Assembly (NCBI GenBank): GCA_002269645.1
Contig: NIVC01001131.1
Coordinates: 62,001 to 126,000, forward strand
DNA length: 64,000 nucleotides
Reading direction: 5' to 3'
DNA from: Macrostomum lignano
Taxonomy: Eukaryota
Positions 27,601-40,429 of the stretch are shown piece by piece. A model generated the notes under the pieces. The model was not told the origin of the DNA. It worked only from the letters and a program-made list of their open reading frames with translations, and did not search any database. How positions within the stretch are numbered: the first letter of the stretch is position 1; the number at the start of each line of letters is the position of its first letter. Position numbers and translations under genes: made by a program.

Positions 27601-28369
27601 GAAAGTTTATTTATTTTGAGCTTGGATTTATGAATTGAGCCTGAAGTTAATCGGTTTGATAATAAAAGACACAAAACGCCAAAAGAACACAGAGTCAAAA
27701 AGTGAAATTACAACCGAGTGTAAACGAAAAATATCATTAGATAAAAACATAACCAACAATGACCGTTGATATGCAAATACAAAAAACAATAAATAGTTTT
27801 ACTGGGCAAGGCTTGAATAATTATATTAACAGACTGATATGCTTATTGTACACACAGATAAACAATAAATTTCAACAGCACAGCAAAAAAGTTTTGCTTA
27901 CAAGCTGATTTGAATTAAAAAAACCGGGAAACTAATAAATATGAAAATTCGGAAGATTTTGCAGACCTAAAAAAACTAATTCCACAAAAAATTCTCTTTT
28001 GAACTACTAAAAGTAGTAGAAATTAGTGAAATAATTTAGTCGCAAAAACCAACGTGAAATTTGTATGAAATTGATTTCGCAACATATCGCTAACAAAACA
28101 GAGTTGAGCGGTTAACATACAGCGATTTAATCAAGTGGAAAACTAGGAATGCTGAAGCAAAATAAGCCAGGACAAATAAATTTTGTTAAAACACTGGCGC
28201 TATGATTCTTATGTTCTGTTTTAAGATAAACAAACAAAATTAACATTTGAATCAAATTGGCCAAATCGCTTAGGAAAATGAGCATTTAATTTTAATTTAC
28301 TAATTCAATCAGGGTATGAAATTTGTTTTAGCACTTGAAATACTGGAGACACACGGGGGTAGGCATCAT

Positions 28370-29165
28370 CCAAGGGTATCTGTCATCTCCTAGGGTACCT
28401 TGGGTATCTGTCATCTCCTAGGGTACCTTGGGTATCTGTCATCTCCTAGGGTACCTTGGGTATCTGTCATCGCCTAGGGTACCTTGGGTATCTGTCATCT
28501 CCTAGGGTACCTTGGGTATCTGTCATCTCCTAGGGTACCTTGGGTATCTGTCATCTCCTAGGGTACTTTGGGTATCTGTCATCTCCTAGGGTACCTTGGG
28601 TATCTGTCATCTCCTAGGGTACCTTGGGTATCTGTCATCTCCTAGGGTACCTTGGGTATCTGTCATCGCCTAGGGTACCTTGGGTATCTGTCATCTCCTA
28701 GGGTACCTTGGGTATCTGTCATCTCCTATCTCCTAGGGTACCTTGGGTATCTGTCATCTTCTAGGGTACCTTGGGTATCTGTCATCTCCTAGGGTACCTT
28801 GGGTATCTGTCATCTCCTAGGGTACCTTGTGGGGTATCTGTCATCTCCTAGGGTACCTTGGGTATCTGTCATCTCCTAGGGTACCTTGGGTATCTGTCAT
28901 CTCCTATCTCCTAGGGTACCTTGGGTATCTGTCATCTCCTAGGGTACCTTGGGTATCTGTCATCTCCTAGGGTACCTTGGGTATCTGTCATCGCCTAGGG
29001 TACCTTGGGTATCTGTCATCTCCTAGGGTACCTTGGGTATCTGTCATCTCCTAGGGTACCTTGTGGGGTATCTATCATATCCTAGGGTAACCTCATAGCA
29101 TAGGGTATGTCATCTCCCAGGGTACCTTGTGGGGTATCTGTCATCTCTTAGGGTATCTAAAAGGG
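28370..29165. repeat. 28-bp minisatellite (GGGTATCTGTCATCTCCTAGGGTACCTT)
   Basis: Direct reading. Confidence 0.9.
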
Positions 29166-29380
29166 TACATGGCATTATTAGAGATTACCTCAAGACTGTC
29201 ATTATAACACTCCCCTGGAAGCCAAATGAATGCCCAATTCGTTACAAGGGCAATGATTATGTAATCAAATGAAAATTGATTTAATAGCACAAGAATAACG
29301 ACGCTACGGATGGAAGGCAATGATTAACTACTATTGGTCTTCACAATGCATTGCATTGATACCATGCATTTAAGTCTTAT

Positions 29381-32300
29381 TCACTTAGCCAGTTTAACAG
29401 GCTTGGGTCCAACCTTAGGCGGCGTAGGCCGATGCGCTCGCAGCAGGGTGTCCGCATGGCCCTCCAAAGCGAATTGGTCTGCGGCGGTGGTTGCGCCACC
29501 TTCAGCAATTTCGCCAGACTGCGCAGGATTCGGCAGGTCGGAAACAAGATCCGGAGCTCGCTTTGATGCGGGCAGATGCATCTTGGCGTTCAGCAGCTCC
29601 TGCGGATTGGCGTAGGGCGACTCGGTGTCGTAGGTCAGGGACTCCAGACCGGCGATAACGTCTTGCAACGCTTGGTCGATGCTTTCCGTTGACGCTTCCG
29701 AACCAGCTTTGGCACCGCCAGCTGTAGCATTAGCACTACTACTACTGCTAGTAGTAGTATTTTTATTTAGCTTAGCCGGCATTGATACGGATATATCGCT
29801 TTCATCTAATCCGCGGCTAGACTGAGTTGGCTCAGATTTGGTTGGACTTTCTTTGGCAGCAGCAGTGTTAGCGGCAGCAGTGATGCTGGATATTGACGAT
29901 GGCGACGAGCTGGCTGCAGCTGCATCGCCGGCGCCTTCGTCCACGTCAACTGCAGCCAAGTTTGAGGAGGCAGTTGGCGTTGAGGCGGTGGAGAACACCG
30001 ACATGGATACTTGATCAGCTTCAATAGATTCGGATGATGATGGCAACAGTCTGGTGACGTAAGCGTCGGGCAGGTAGCCCTCTTTGCCAGCTGAGTTGCA
30101 GCCGTGCAGCCACTCGGAGGTGATCCGGCTCAGTATGGTGAGCACGTCGCCTCTGGAGAAGCTCAACTCCCGTGGCGTTCGAGCTTGGAACGAATACTTG
30201 GCGGTGACCATGTAGTTGCACTCGGACAGGTCTGCGGTGTGTGAAGCATTGTAGCACCGGTTTTGAAAATTTAGCTAATTGGATAAACTCGCTCATACAT
30301 CTAGTAGCTCTCAGGTAATGTCACCTTGACTGTCACCGGTAATCCCACCGGACTCTCACAGGTAATCCCACCTGACTCTCACTGGTAATCCTACCTGACT
30401 TTCACCGTTAATCTCACCTGACTCTCACCGGTAATATCACCTGAATCTCAACGGTAATCTTACCTGACTCTAACCGGTAATCCTGACTCTCACCAGTAAT
30501 CCCACCTGATTCTCACCGGTAATCCCACCCGACTCTTACAGGTAATCCAACCTGACTTTCACCGGTAATCCCACCTGACGCTCACCGGTAATCCCACCTG
30601 ACTCTCACAGGTAATCCCACCTGACTTTCACAGGTAATCCCACCTGACTTTCACCGTTAATCTCACCTGACTCTCACCGGTAATATCACCTGAATCTCAA
30701 CGGTAATCCGACCTGACTCTCATCGGTAATCCTACCTGAGTCTCACCGGAAATCCTACCTGAGTCTCACCGGAAATCCTATCTGACTCTAACCGGTAACC
30801 GGACTCTCACCAGTAATCCCACCTGACTCTCACCGGTGTCCGGTAATCCCACCCGACTCTCACAGGTAATCCCAACTGATTCTCACCGGTAATCCCACTT
30901 GACTCTCACAGGATATCCCACTTGACTCTCACCGGTAATCCCACCTGACTCTCACAGGTAATCCAACCTGACTTTCACAGGTAATCCCACCTGACTCTCA
31001 CCGGTAATCCTACCTGACTCTTACCGGTAATCCCACCTGACTCTCACCGGTAATCCTACCTGACTCTTACCGGTAATCCCACCTGACTCTCACCGGTAAT
31101 CCTACCTGACTCTTACCGGTAATCTCACCGGACTCTCACCGGTAATCCTACCTGACTCTCACCGGTAATCCTACCTGACTCTCACAGGTAATCCCATCCG
31201 ACTCTCACAGGTAATCCTACCTGACTTTCACAGGTAATCTCACCTGACTTTCACCGGTAATCTCACCTGACTCTCACAGGTAATCCCACCTGACTCTCAC
31301 CGGTAATCCCACTTGACTCTCACCGGTAATCCCACTTGACTCTCACCGGTAATCTCACCTGACTCCCACCGGTAATCTCACCGGACTCTCACCGGTAATC
31401 CTACCCGACTCTCACAGGTAATCCAACCTGACTTTCACCGGTAATCCTACCTGACTCTAACAGGTAATCGTTATTCAACTACAATTCAAGCGCTCACCAA
31501 TCTCCGAAGACAGCGATTGGTCTTCCTCGTCCTCATTCTCAAAGTCATCGTCCTTCATCTTGTGATACACTGGGCCGGACACGTCCTTCCTATTGAAAAT
31601 CTCGGACTCGTGCTCGATAATTAGCTTCATCAGGTGCGATAGCGAGCTTTGAAACACTACAGGATCGCGGCCCTGAGGCACCGGCATGAAGGACGGAGCT
31701 AAACAGATTGACAGATTGTAAGAGTCCATGAGATTCTCGTCCGAGAATGAGGACAGGTGGTTCAGGAAGGCAAATAGGAATCTGAAAGTGAAATTGTTGG
31801 GAGATTTTTGGGAGACCGGTAGAATTATGATCTTAACCTTAATTTAATCCTAAACCTAATTTTAGAAACTAATATTAAGTGTCGACCATCAACTTGATTC
31901 GACTCTCGCTCGACTTCCAACAGCTAACTCTCACCTCAATCTCACCTGACTCTCACCTCAATCTCACCTGACTCTCACCCCAATCTCACCTGACTCTCAC
32001 CTCAACCTTATCTGACTCTCATCTCAACATCACCTGACTCTCAACTTAACCTCACCTGACTCTCAACTTAACCTCACATGACCCTCACATCAACATCACC
32101 TCAACCTCACCTGACTCTTACCTCAAACTTATCCGACTCTCACCTCAATCTCACCTGACTCTCACCCCAATCTCACCTGACTCTCACCTCAACCTTATCT
32201 GACTCTCATCTCAACATCACCTGACTCTCAACTTAACCTCACCTGACTCTCAACTTAACCTCACATGACCCTCACATCAACATCACCTCAACCTCACCTG

Positions 32301-35300
32301 ACTCTTACCTCAAACTTATCCGACTCTCACCTCAACCTCACCAGACTCTCATCTCAACCTCACCTGACTCTCTTCTCAACTTTACCTGACTGTCACCTCA
32401 ACCTCACTAGACTCTCATCTCAACCTCACCTGACTCTCTTCTCAACTTTACCTGACTGTCACCTCAACCTCACCTAACTCTTATCTCAACTTTACCTGAC
32501 TGTCACATTAACCTCACCTAACTCTTATCTCAACTTTACCTGACTCTCACCCCAACCTCATCACTCTCATTTCAACTTTAACTGACTCTCACCTCAACCT
32601 TATCCGACTCTCACATCAACCTCACCTGACTCTCACCTCAACCGAATCTGACTCCTACTTGATATTTCTGACAGCATTTATTTAACCTGACGTGACATTT
32701 ATCTACTATTGCCAAACGATTTATTTCCTGCTGTTAAACAAACAAGACCATCCAAAAAATCACCTGAGCACTCGATAAACATTCGGACTGAGCTGCTGGA
32801 AAATCTCCCTCAGTCTAACAATAGTATCTGCAATTGAGTCTTTCTTGGTGCATTCCAACATATCGTCAAATAGCCTGGATGGCAGCACGGGCTCCTCCAG
32901 GCCCCGCAGGTAGAATTTGAGCACACCAGCTGCCGCATTCACGTCTCGGCCGTCTGTTGCGTTGGCAAAGGGATCTTCGCCACGTTCGAATGCTTCTTTG
33001 AGTCGGTTGACCTCCGACTGGGAGCCAGGGATTCTGGATTCAGGGAGGTGGCAGAGTGAGATAGGGATTTTTATCCCGAATTAGAGACACTATGTAACTG
33101 GGAGTTTAGCAATCCGATTGAGAGTTGGGATATTTATCCCAAATTAGATACTTAATATATTGAGAGATTAGTGAGCTGACTGAGAATTGGGATATTTATC
33201 CCAAAGCAAGACAAACAGGGGAAGATTAGAGTGAAAAAACAGGAAAAACTCTACCTGAACACTCCCTGATTGTGCAGCCCATACTGATGAATAAGCTTGA
33301 CGCAGGACAGCACAATAGTGGGAAATTCTTGCAGATCGTCAACCGAACCGCCAAATAATTTCGGCTTCCCGCTGCCAATGAGCTGGGCGTTAACTTTGAT
33401 GATGGACTTCTTTCGAGGCTTAGTTGGCAGCGGGGGCGGCGCCATGCCGCTCTCCCTACCGAGTGCTCTGGAGATGGCGGCAGCTCTGGCTCGAGAGCGA
33501 GTCAGCTGGCAGTTCTTGCGCATGTATTCGGCAAATTTGCCCAGGTAGAATTCGCCATTCTCCCAGGCTCGCTTCTTGTCAGTGTCCGCGTTGCGCTGCT
33601 CCGGCTGTTGACTTGAATCCGCGGCAAAGTCACCTGGGGTTTTGCGATAAATAAGAAGCGATTGTACTTTGGGAGTGACGTGTTAGTCTATGCACAAGGG
33701 GAGTGAGGTGGTGGTCTATGTACATGGGGAGTGAGGTGGTAGTCTATGTACATTGAGGAGTGACGTGGTAGTTTATGTACATGGGGAGTGAGGTGGTAGT
33801 CTATGTACATTGGGGAGTGAGGTGGTAGTCTATGTACATTAGAGAGTGAGGTGGTAGTCTATGCTCATTGGAGAGTGAGGTGGTAGTCTATACATTGGAG
33901 AGTGAGGTGGTAGTCTATGTACATTGGGGAGTGAGGTGGTAGTCTATGTACATTAGAGAGTGAGGTGGTAGTCTATGTACATTGGGGAGTGAGGTGGTAG
34001 TCTATGTACATTAGGGAGTGAGGTGGTAGTCTATGTACAATGGGGAGTGAGGTGGTAGTCTATGTGGGCAAGAAGTAACCGCAAGACTCACCAGAGATGC
34101 CAGACTGCGATTCTTTCATAGCCTGACAGAACATCTCGTTCACGTAATAGTCAGAGACGCTGATTTCAGACAGCCAGGACTGTTCAGCAGCTTCCAGAGT
34201 CTTCCACAGTTCGTCAGACTCAAGGCCGGTGTTTTTAATAAGTGTTTGCAAATTGTTGTAACGACTCTCTAGTTCGTTAAGCACGTCAGACTGATTTGCG
34301 CAAACCTGATTTATTGGATCGCCTTTGTGCGCTACGAATTTTAACGCCTTAGGCTCGGTGAATGCTAACTGCGATGTTTGCAAGAAGTGCAGCTTGTCTT
34401 GCCTGTTGAGATTAAGTAGATAAACGGCATCTTAAACAGTCAGACTGTTACTGCATACATTACATACGTGCGTCGATTTGTACATAGACGACCACCTCAC
34501 TCCCCAATGTACATAGACTGCCACCTCTCTTCCCAATGTACATAGACTACCACCTCACTCCCCAATGTACACAGACTACCACCTCATTCCTTAATTTATA
34601 GACTGCCACCTAACTCCCCAATGTACATAGACTACCACCTCACTCCCCAATGTACATAGACTACCACCTCACTCTCCAATGTATAGACTACCACCTCACT
34701 CTCCAATGAGTATAGACTACCACCTCACTCTCTAATGTACATAGACTACCACCCCATCTGCTAACGCACATACATTTAGACTAGCATCTCAGTCCCTCAT
34801 GTACATAGACATAAATGTACGAGTAATTATAATTCAATTCTTTAAAAAATAAAGTCAAGTACTGCATACATAATAAAAAGCATATAATGATGAAGAAAAA
34901 AAATTCCTAGCATACTGAACTAATTGGAAAAGGTTTTTTAATGTATAACGTATAAAATAAAACAAGAGAAACTTATAACTGACTAACAGAATCTTGCTAG
35001 ATACGAATTAAGGGCGTCGAAAAGAATGCTAAAAATACTGCTGATATGTGATAACATGCTGATCCAGTATTTCTAAGGATAAGAAAAGTATAAGATAGTT
35101 CCACTTGCCCAGAAAACTTCAAAATAACATAATACGATTGCTGAAAATAATTTTTATATTTTTGAATTAACAACAGATAACAACAGTCTTGTATCAGTCC
35201 ACCAAGGCTTACTAAAATATGTCTGTTAAATAACATTTCAGGGCGATTCTTAGACCTGTTTGAGAGTGATTCTTAGACCTGTTTGAGGGCGGTTCTTAGA

Positions 35301-37756
35301 CCTGTTTGAGGGCGGTTCTTAGACCTGTTTGAGGGCGGTTCTTAGACCTGTTTGAGGGTGATTCTTAGACCTGTTTGAGAGTGATTCTTAGACCTGTTTG
35401 AGGGTGATTCTTAGACCTGTTTGAGGGTGATTCTTAGACCTGTTTGAGGGTGATTCTTAGACCTGTTTGAGGACGATTCTTAGACCTGTTTGAGGGCGAT
35501 ACTTAGACCTGTTTGAGGGTGATTCTTAGACCTGTTTGAGGGTGATTCTTAGACCTGTTTGAGGGTGATTCTTAGACCTGTTTGAGGGCGATTCTTAGAC
35601 CTGTTTGAGGGCGATACTTAGACCTGTTTGAGGGTGATTCTTAGACCTGTTTGAGAGTGATTCTTAGACCTGTTTGAGGGTGATTCTTAGACCTGTTTGA
35701 GAGTGATTCTTAGACCTGTTTGAAGGCGATTCTTAGACCTGTTTGAGGGTGATTCTTAGACCTGTTTGAGAGTGATTCTTAGACCTGTTTGAGGGTGATT
35801 CTTAGACCTGTTTGAGAGTGATTCTTAGACCTGTTTGATGGCGGTTCTTAGACCTGTTTGAGGGCGGTTCTTAGACCTGTTTGAGGGCGGTTCTTAGACC
35901 TGTTTGAGAGTGATTCTTAGACCTGTTTGATGGCGGTTCTTAGACCTGTTTGAGAGTGATTCTTAGACCTGTTTGAGAGTGATTCTTAGACCTGTTTGAG
36001 GGCGATTCTTAGACCTGTTTGAGAGTGATTCTTAGACCTGCTTGAGAGTGATTCTTAGACCTGTTTGAGGGCGATTCTTAGACCTGTTTGAGGGCGATTC
36101 TTAGACCTGTTTGAGAGTGATTCTTAGACCTGTTTGAGAGTGATTCTTAGACCTGTTTGAGGGCGATTCTTAGACCTGTTTGAGGGCGATTCTTAGACCT
36201 GTTTGAGGGCGGTTTTTAGACCTGTTTGAGAGTGATTCTTAGACCTGTTTGAGGGTGATTCTTAGACCTGTTTGAGGGCGATTCTTAGACCTGTTTGATA
36301 GCGGTTCTTAGACCTGTTTGAGAGTGATTCTTAGACCTGTTTGAGGGTGATTCTTAGACCTGTTTGAGAGTGATTCTTAGACCTGTTTGAGGGTGATTCT
36401 TAGACCTGTTTGAGGGCGGTTCTTAGACCTGTTTGAGGGCGATTCTTAGACCTGTTTGAGGGCGATTCTTAGACCTGTTTGAGAGCAATTCTTAGGTAAC
36501 AATGTTTTTGTTAGCAAGGTGATTAAAAGCAATTACTTTTAATCATCTATCATTGCTGTTAAAGCAATGATAATGAAACCAATAGCAACATTTTCACTCA
36601 CTTGGCATCCAGCTGACTCATGGTGTCCATAAACAGTCTCACAAAGCTCTCCTGTCTCTGCTTCATAGTGTCCTCCGTATTCAAATGCATCATGGCGGCT
36701 CTAGCCAGGGAATTGTGAAAGCCGCAGGCCATGCAGTCTAAAATGTCTGGCATGTCATCAGAGAAGTACTTCCGCAGGCAGGCGTTGGCGCTCTCCAACT
36801 GTAGCAGGTAGTCATTGCGTTCACGCAATGCTTTATGCTTGGTAGAGTCGTACTTTTCTCGGCGCCTCTCCACGGTTTTGTCCAACTGCGGGAGACACCG
36901 GAAGTTGAACATTTAAAAACCGGAAGTCAAGATTAGATATATAAACCCGAAGTGAAGATAAGATTTAGAAACCGGAAGTGAATATACGATTAAAAAACCA
37001 AAACTGACAATAAGATAAATAAACAGGAAGTGAAGACAAGACTTAAAAAACGGAAGTGAAGACAAAATTAAAAAACCGGAAGTATTGTCCCAGCATTGTC
37101 CCAGTTGCTATTGTCCCAGCAACTGAGAATCTGGGAGGCCATTGTCCCAGCAACTGAGAATCTGGGAGGCTATTGTCCCAGCAACTGAGCACAAACCTGC
37201 TTGAGCCGTTTCTCCACACCGCTGGCACTGCCAGACTGGCCAGCCTCTTCCAGTCGTCTTCGATCATCCTTGGCCGCCAGCAGCTTGGCCTCAGCTTGAG
37301 CAGCCTGTCCGTAAGCAATCTGATAAGTTCTCAAACTCTGACCAACTTGCCTGACATTCTCCATCACTTCATCTTGGCCGGCGATGCACATCTCTTTGCA
37401 TTTTTGAAACAATTTAGCAGAATTCTCACGAATATCGGTGAATCTTGGCGCCATCTTGGTGCTAAAAATTTTCGCCACAACTCCATGATTGACACTCTGG
37501 CTGTGAGTGATGCCGAGGACTGTTTTGTAAAATTTAAACAGCGAATAACTGCTGGCACCAGGCACTGAACGATGCCGCTCGAGCATGTGAAGTTTCTCAA
37601 CTCGAGAGCTGAACAGTTTCTTCAAATCCTTCGAATATTGTTCCTCAATTTCGGCTCGGCGGCGGTAAAATTCGTTCAACTCCAATAAGACTGCGCTCTC
37701 CCACTCTAGCCGGGTGTCCATGAGGCGCAGCTGCTCAGTGAATTGAACTCGCAATT
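29381..37756 (-). CDS. SRGAP: srGAP-like F-BAR-RhoGAP-SH3 protein, 5'-partial. Exons 37756-37197, 36885-36602, 34402-34092, 33633-33255, 33033-32764, 31781-31498, 30231-29381
   Basis: All introns GT-AG with consistent phases (1,0,2,1,2,2,1). F-BAR LRVQFTEQL...EFYRRRAEIEEQYSKDL; RhoGAP GLHNQGVFRIPGSQSEVNRLKEAFERGEDP, AGVLKFYLRGLEEP, ENLMDSYNLSICLAP; SH3 AKYSFQARTPRELSFSRGDVL...EWLHG...EGYLPDAYV. First coding exon not identified. Confidence 0.93.
30320..31465. repeat. 23-bp intronic minisatellite (GGTAATCCCACCTGACTCTCACC)
   Basis: Fills the last srGAP intron. Confidence 0.9.
31925..32655. repeat. Intronic minisatellite (CTCACCTGACTCTCACCTCAA)
   Basis: Fills srGAP intron 32763-31782. Confidence 0.9.
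33680..34065. repeat. 29-bp minisatellite (GTGAGGTGGTAGTCTATGTACATTGGGGA)
   Basis: About 13 copies. Confidence 0.9.
34480..34810. repeat. Inverted copy of the 29-bp minisatellite (TCCCCAATGTACATAGACTACCACCTCAC)
   Basis: Reverse complement of the 33680-34065 unit. Confidence 0.9.
35235..36495. repeat. 23-bp intronic minisatellite (TTCTTAGACCTGTTTGAGGGCGA), about 54 copies
   Basis: Direct reading. Confidence 0.95.
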
Positions 37757-37829
37757 CTGTGAGTGTTTTTTATAATTGTAAAATAAAATTACATTTTTAT
37801 TTATATACTATTATTATTATATAAACAAA

Positions 37830-38310
37830 AACAAAAAAATCAACCAAATTATTAGCCAAAAATAGTTTTTTACACAATGCAAAAATGTCATTTATTGTTG
37901 CAACACTGCCCTAGATTTGAGAGAGTGGGTGTGCATTAATTTTTTGGTGTATGTTTGTAACTATTCAATTTTTGTCTGGGCATGCAATTGGCATGATATG
38001 GATTATGCCTGGCTAGAAACCATTGGGATCCACGAATTTATTTGCTGGACTATTTGTTATAGTCATTTTACTGTGTCATGACACAATCCGGACTAAGGGC
38101 AAGCCATAGTCCAGATCATGCTAGGTGCATGCCTGAACACAAATTGAATAACTACAAATGCATGGCAAAAAAATTGAGTGCATGCCCACTCTCAAATCCA
38201 CGCTGGTGTTACAACAATAAATGATCTTTTTTACATTGTGACAATAAATTTCCTTTTTTTTAAATACTAAAAGACCATTTTTGGCTTAATACTCATAATT
38301 TGGTTGACAT
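37830..38310. mobile_element. Degenerate fold-back (MITE-like) element
   Basis: Arms such as CATTTATTGTTGCAACAC / GTGTTACAACAATAAATG and TTGAGAGAGTGGG / CCCACTCTCAA are imperfect inverted repeats; TSD not resolved. Confidence 0.5.
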
Positions 38311-39859
38311 TTTTGCTTTTTCACCAATAAAATTTATAGCCGAAAATTGATGCATGCAGAGATTTCTATAAATGCCCTATTATGAGCTTTAATTAGTTTA
38401 AAAACCTAGAAAGCTTGAAATTTATGCTTAAAAATAAACGTCTTTTATCTTTTTTTCACTTTAAACAAACTCTTCCACAAGATTCCATAAGGCTATGGCT
38501 AGAGTTCTGGCACTGGAACCCATTTTCTAATGGCTATGGATCTGGCAGTGCCATTATAATATAGACCATATATGTGCAACAGTCGGCCTAGTCGGCCGAT
38601 ATGGCCAACCAAGGAAGTCGCAAAAATGCCCACCCGAAAAATACCCAAGTAGTAGCACTAAGTAGCTGACGAGGCATTTTGGCTTAGTAAGACAGTCATA
38701 GTTACTCCTGCTGTTTACCCAAAGTTGCGTTAATTTTCCTTGAGGGTTTTTTACATGTGTCGCATTTTCGGCCAAAAACTATGTCGCATTTTTGTTAAAA
38801 CTAAGTCGCACGGCCAACCGAATTTTCGAGGTTGCGCATATATGATATAGACAGAACATTACGCTTGTTTATTTTTCTTTCTACAGGTGGCTGATGTTGA
38901 GATTTTGTTCTAGATAAGATTCAAGACAATATGATAAGATTTGAAACAAGATGCTTCTAATGTTCATATTTCTAAAGATATGTTCTTAGTAGTCAGGTTT
39001 GTGTATGCCAGGTTTGGACGCATATCATTTTCTTAAAAGTATGGTGCATGCCAACTGCATACACCTACTTTTGGCATGCAAGGCCAATGCACACCCAAAT
39101 TTTTGGGCATATACTATATTACATCTATATGATCTGGAGTGTGGAGGGCAAGGCAATAGTTCTGTCTTATCTATTTTTCTAAATCATGCCACAGTAAAAA
39201 ATGAAAGCCATGAAAAAATTAAATGACTTTTAGATACTGTGCCAATGCAACATTGGCAACACTGGCCAATACAATGAAATCATAGTACACTAGTGGCATA
39301 CACCACCACTATTAAAAAATTCTAAGAAATTATACATTTTCTTTTAAAAAGCCAACTTTTTCTTCATTTTAAAAAATTCTGGATTATAATTGTTTGAAAA
39401 ACATTAGGTGAAAAACATTTTAAAATCCTCTTGATTATTAGCGCAGTACCTCTTGAAAATTTTTAAAACTTTAATTTGGACTAGTACCCTTGGAGGCCTA
39501 TCCAGACTGAGAGCTAATATCTAATATAGGGCCTAATATTTAGTCATAATATAAGTAGCTAAAAATTGGACTTCTTGAACTTTAGGTAGATATAGATAAA
39601 ATAGTTGTAGTTTTGATAGGATCATAATTTTGTCTTTATAGGGGTTTTTGATGGTGCTGATTTCAAATTTGAGTTTCATTTTTTCATAGCTTAAAGCCAA
39701 CCACTGGGACATAGGGAATGGGGGGTTTAAGGGTGGGGAGAATCTTTATAGGGATTGATTTTACCTACTTAAACTTCAATAGAGGCATGGGGATCTATTG
39801 AAGATTAGGTAGGTAAATTCTGAACCCCTTGGAGGTCTGATAAGGCGGGTCTAATGAGG

Positions 39860-40429
39860 GGTGCACATCAAAATGGCCAGGCGCACAATGGCCACACACA
39901 TCAAAATGGCCACAAGCCAAAATGGCCATATATAACAAAGTTGCAGTTTCATTTATTAGAAAAAGACAGAATTTATTGTATTCTATATAATTATATATAT
40001 ATTGTATTCTATTGCATTGCTTGTTTGCATTTCTTTCACTTTTTGGTAATGCTAGCATTCGTCAATGTTGTATGAATACACTGTTACCCCATTCAACACC
40101 ATACTGAATATCTTTGGAGTCCCTACCTGAGCCTTATGTAGTTCCATTTGCAACAAGCAACCATTTGCAACTTAAAGAGACAATTAAAGTTACATTTTTA
40201 AGTTACAAACTACAAACTATATGTGGCCATATATCAGTTGTTTTTTTACCTTACAGATCCATATTTGCATATATGTTTGCAACTATTGTCTTTAAATTCA
40301 AGCTAAATGATGTTGAAGTCTATTTTGCCAACACAAACTATATGTGGCTGTTTTAACATGTAGCCATTTTGGCTTGTGGCCATTTTGACGTGTGGCCATT
40401 CCACATGTGGCCATTTTGACATGGATTCC
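39860..40429. mobile_element. Non-autonomous DNA transposon (MITE, Mutator-like)
   Basis: Subterminal CAAAATGGCC / GGCCATTTTG motifs repeated in inverted orientation; flanking 8-9 bp duplication (C)TAATGAGG at 39851-39859 and 40429-40437. Confidence 0.55.
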
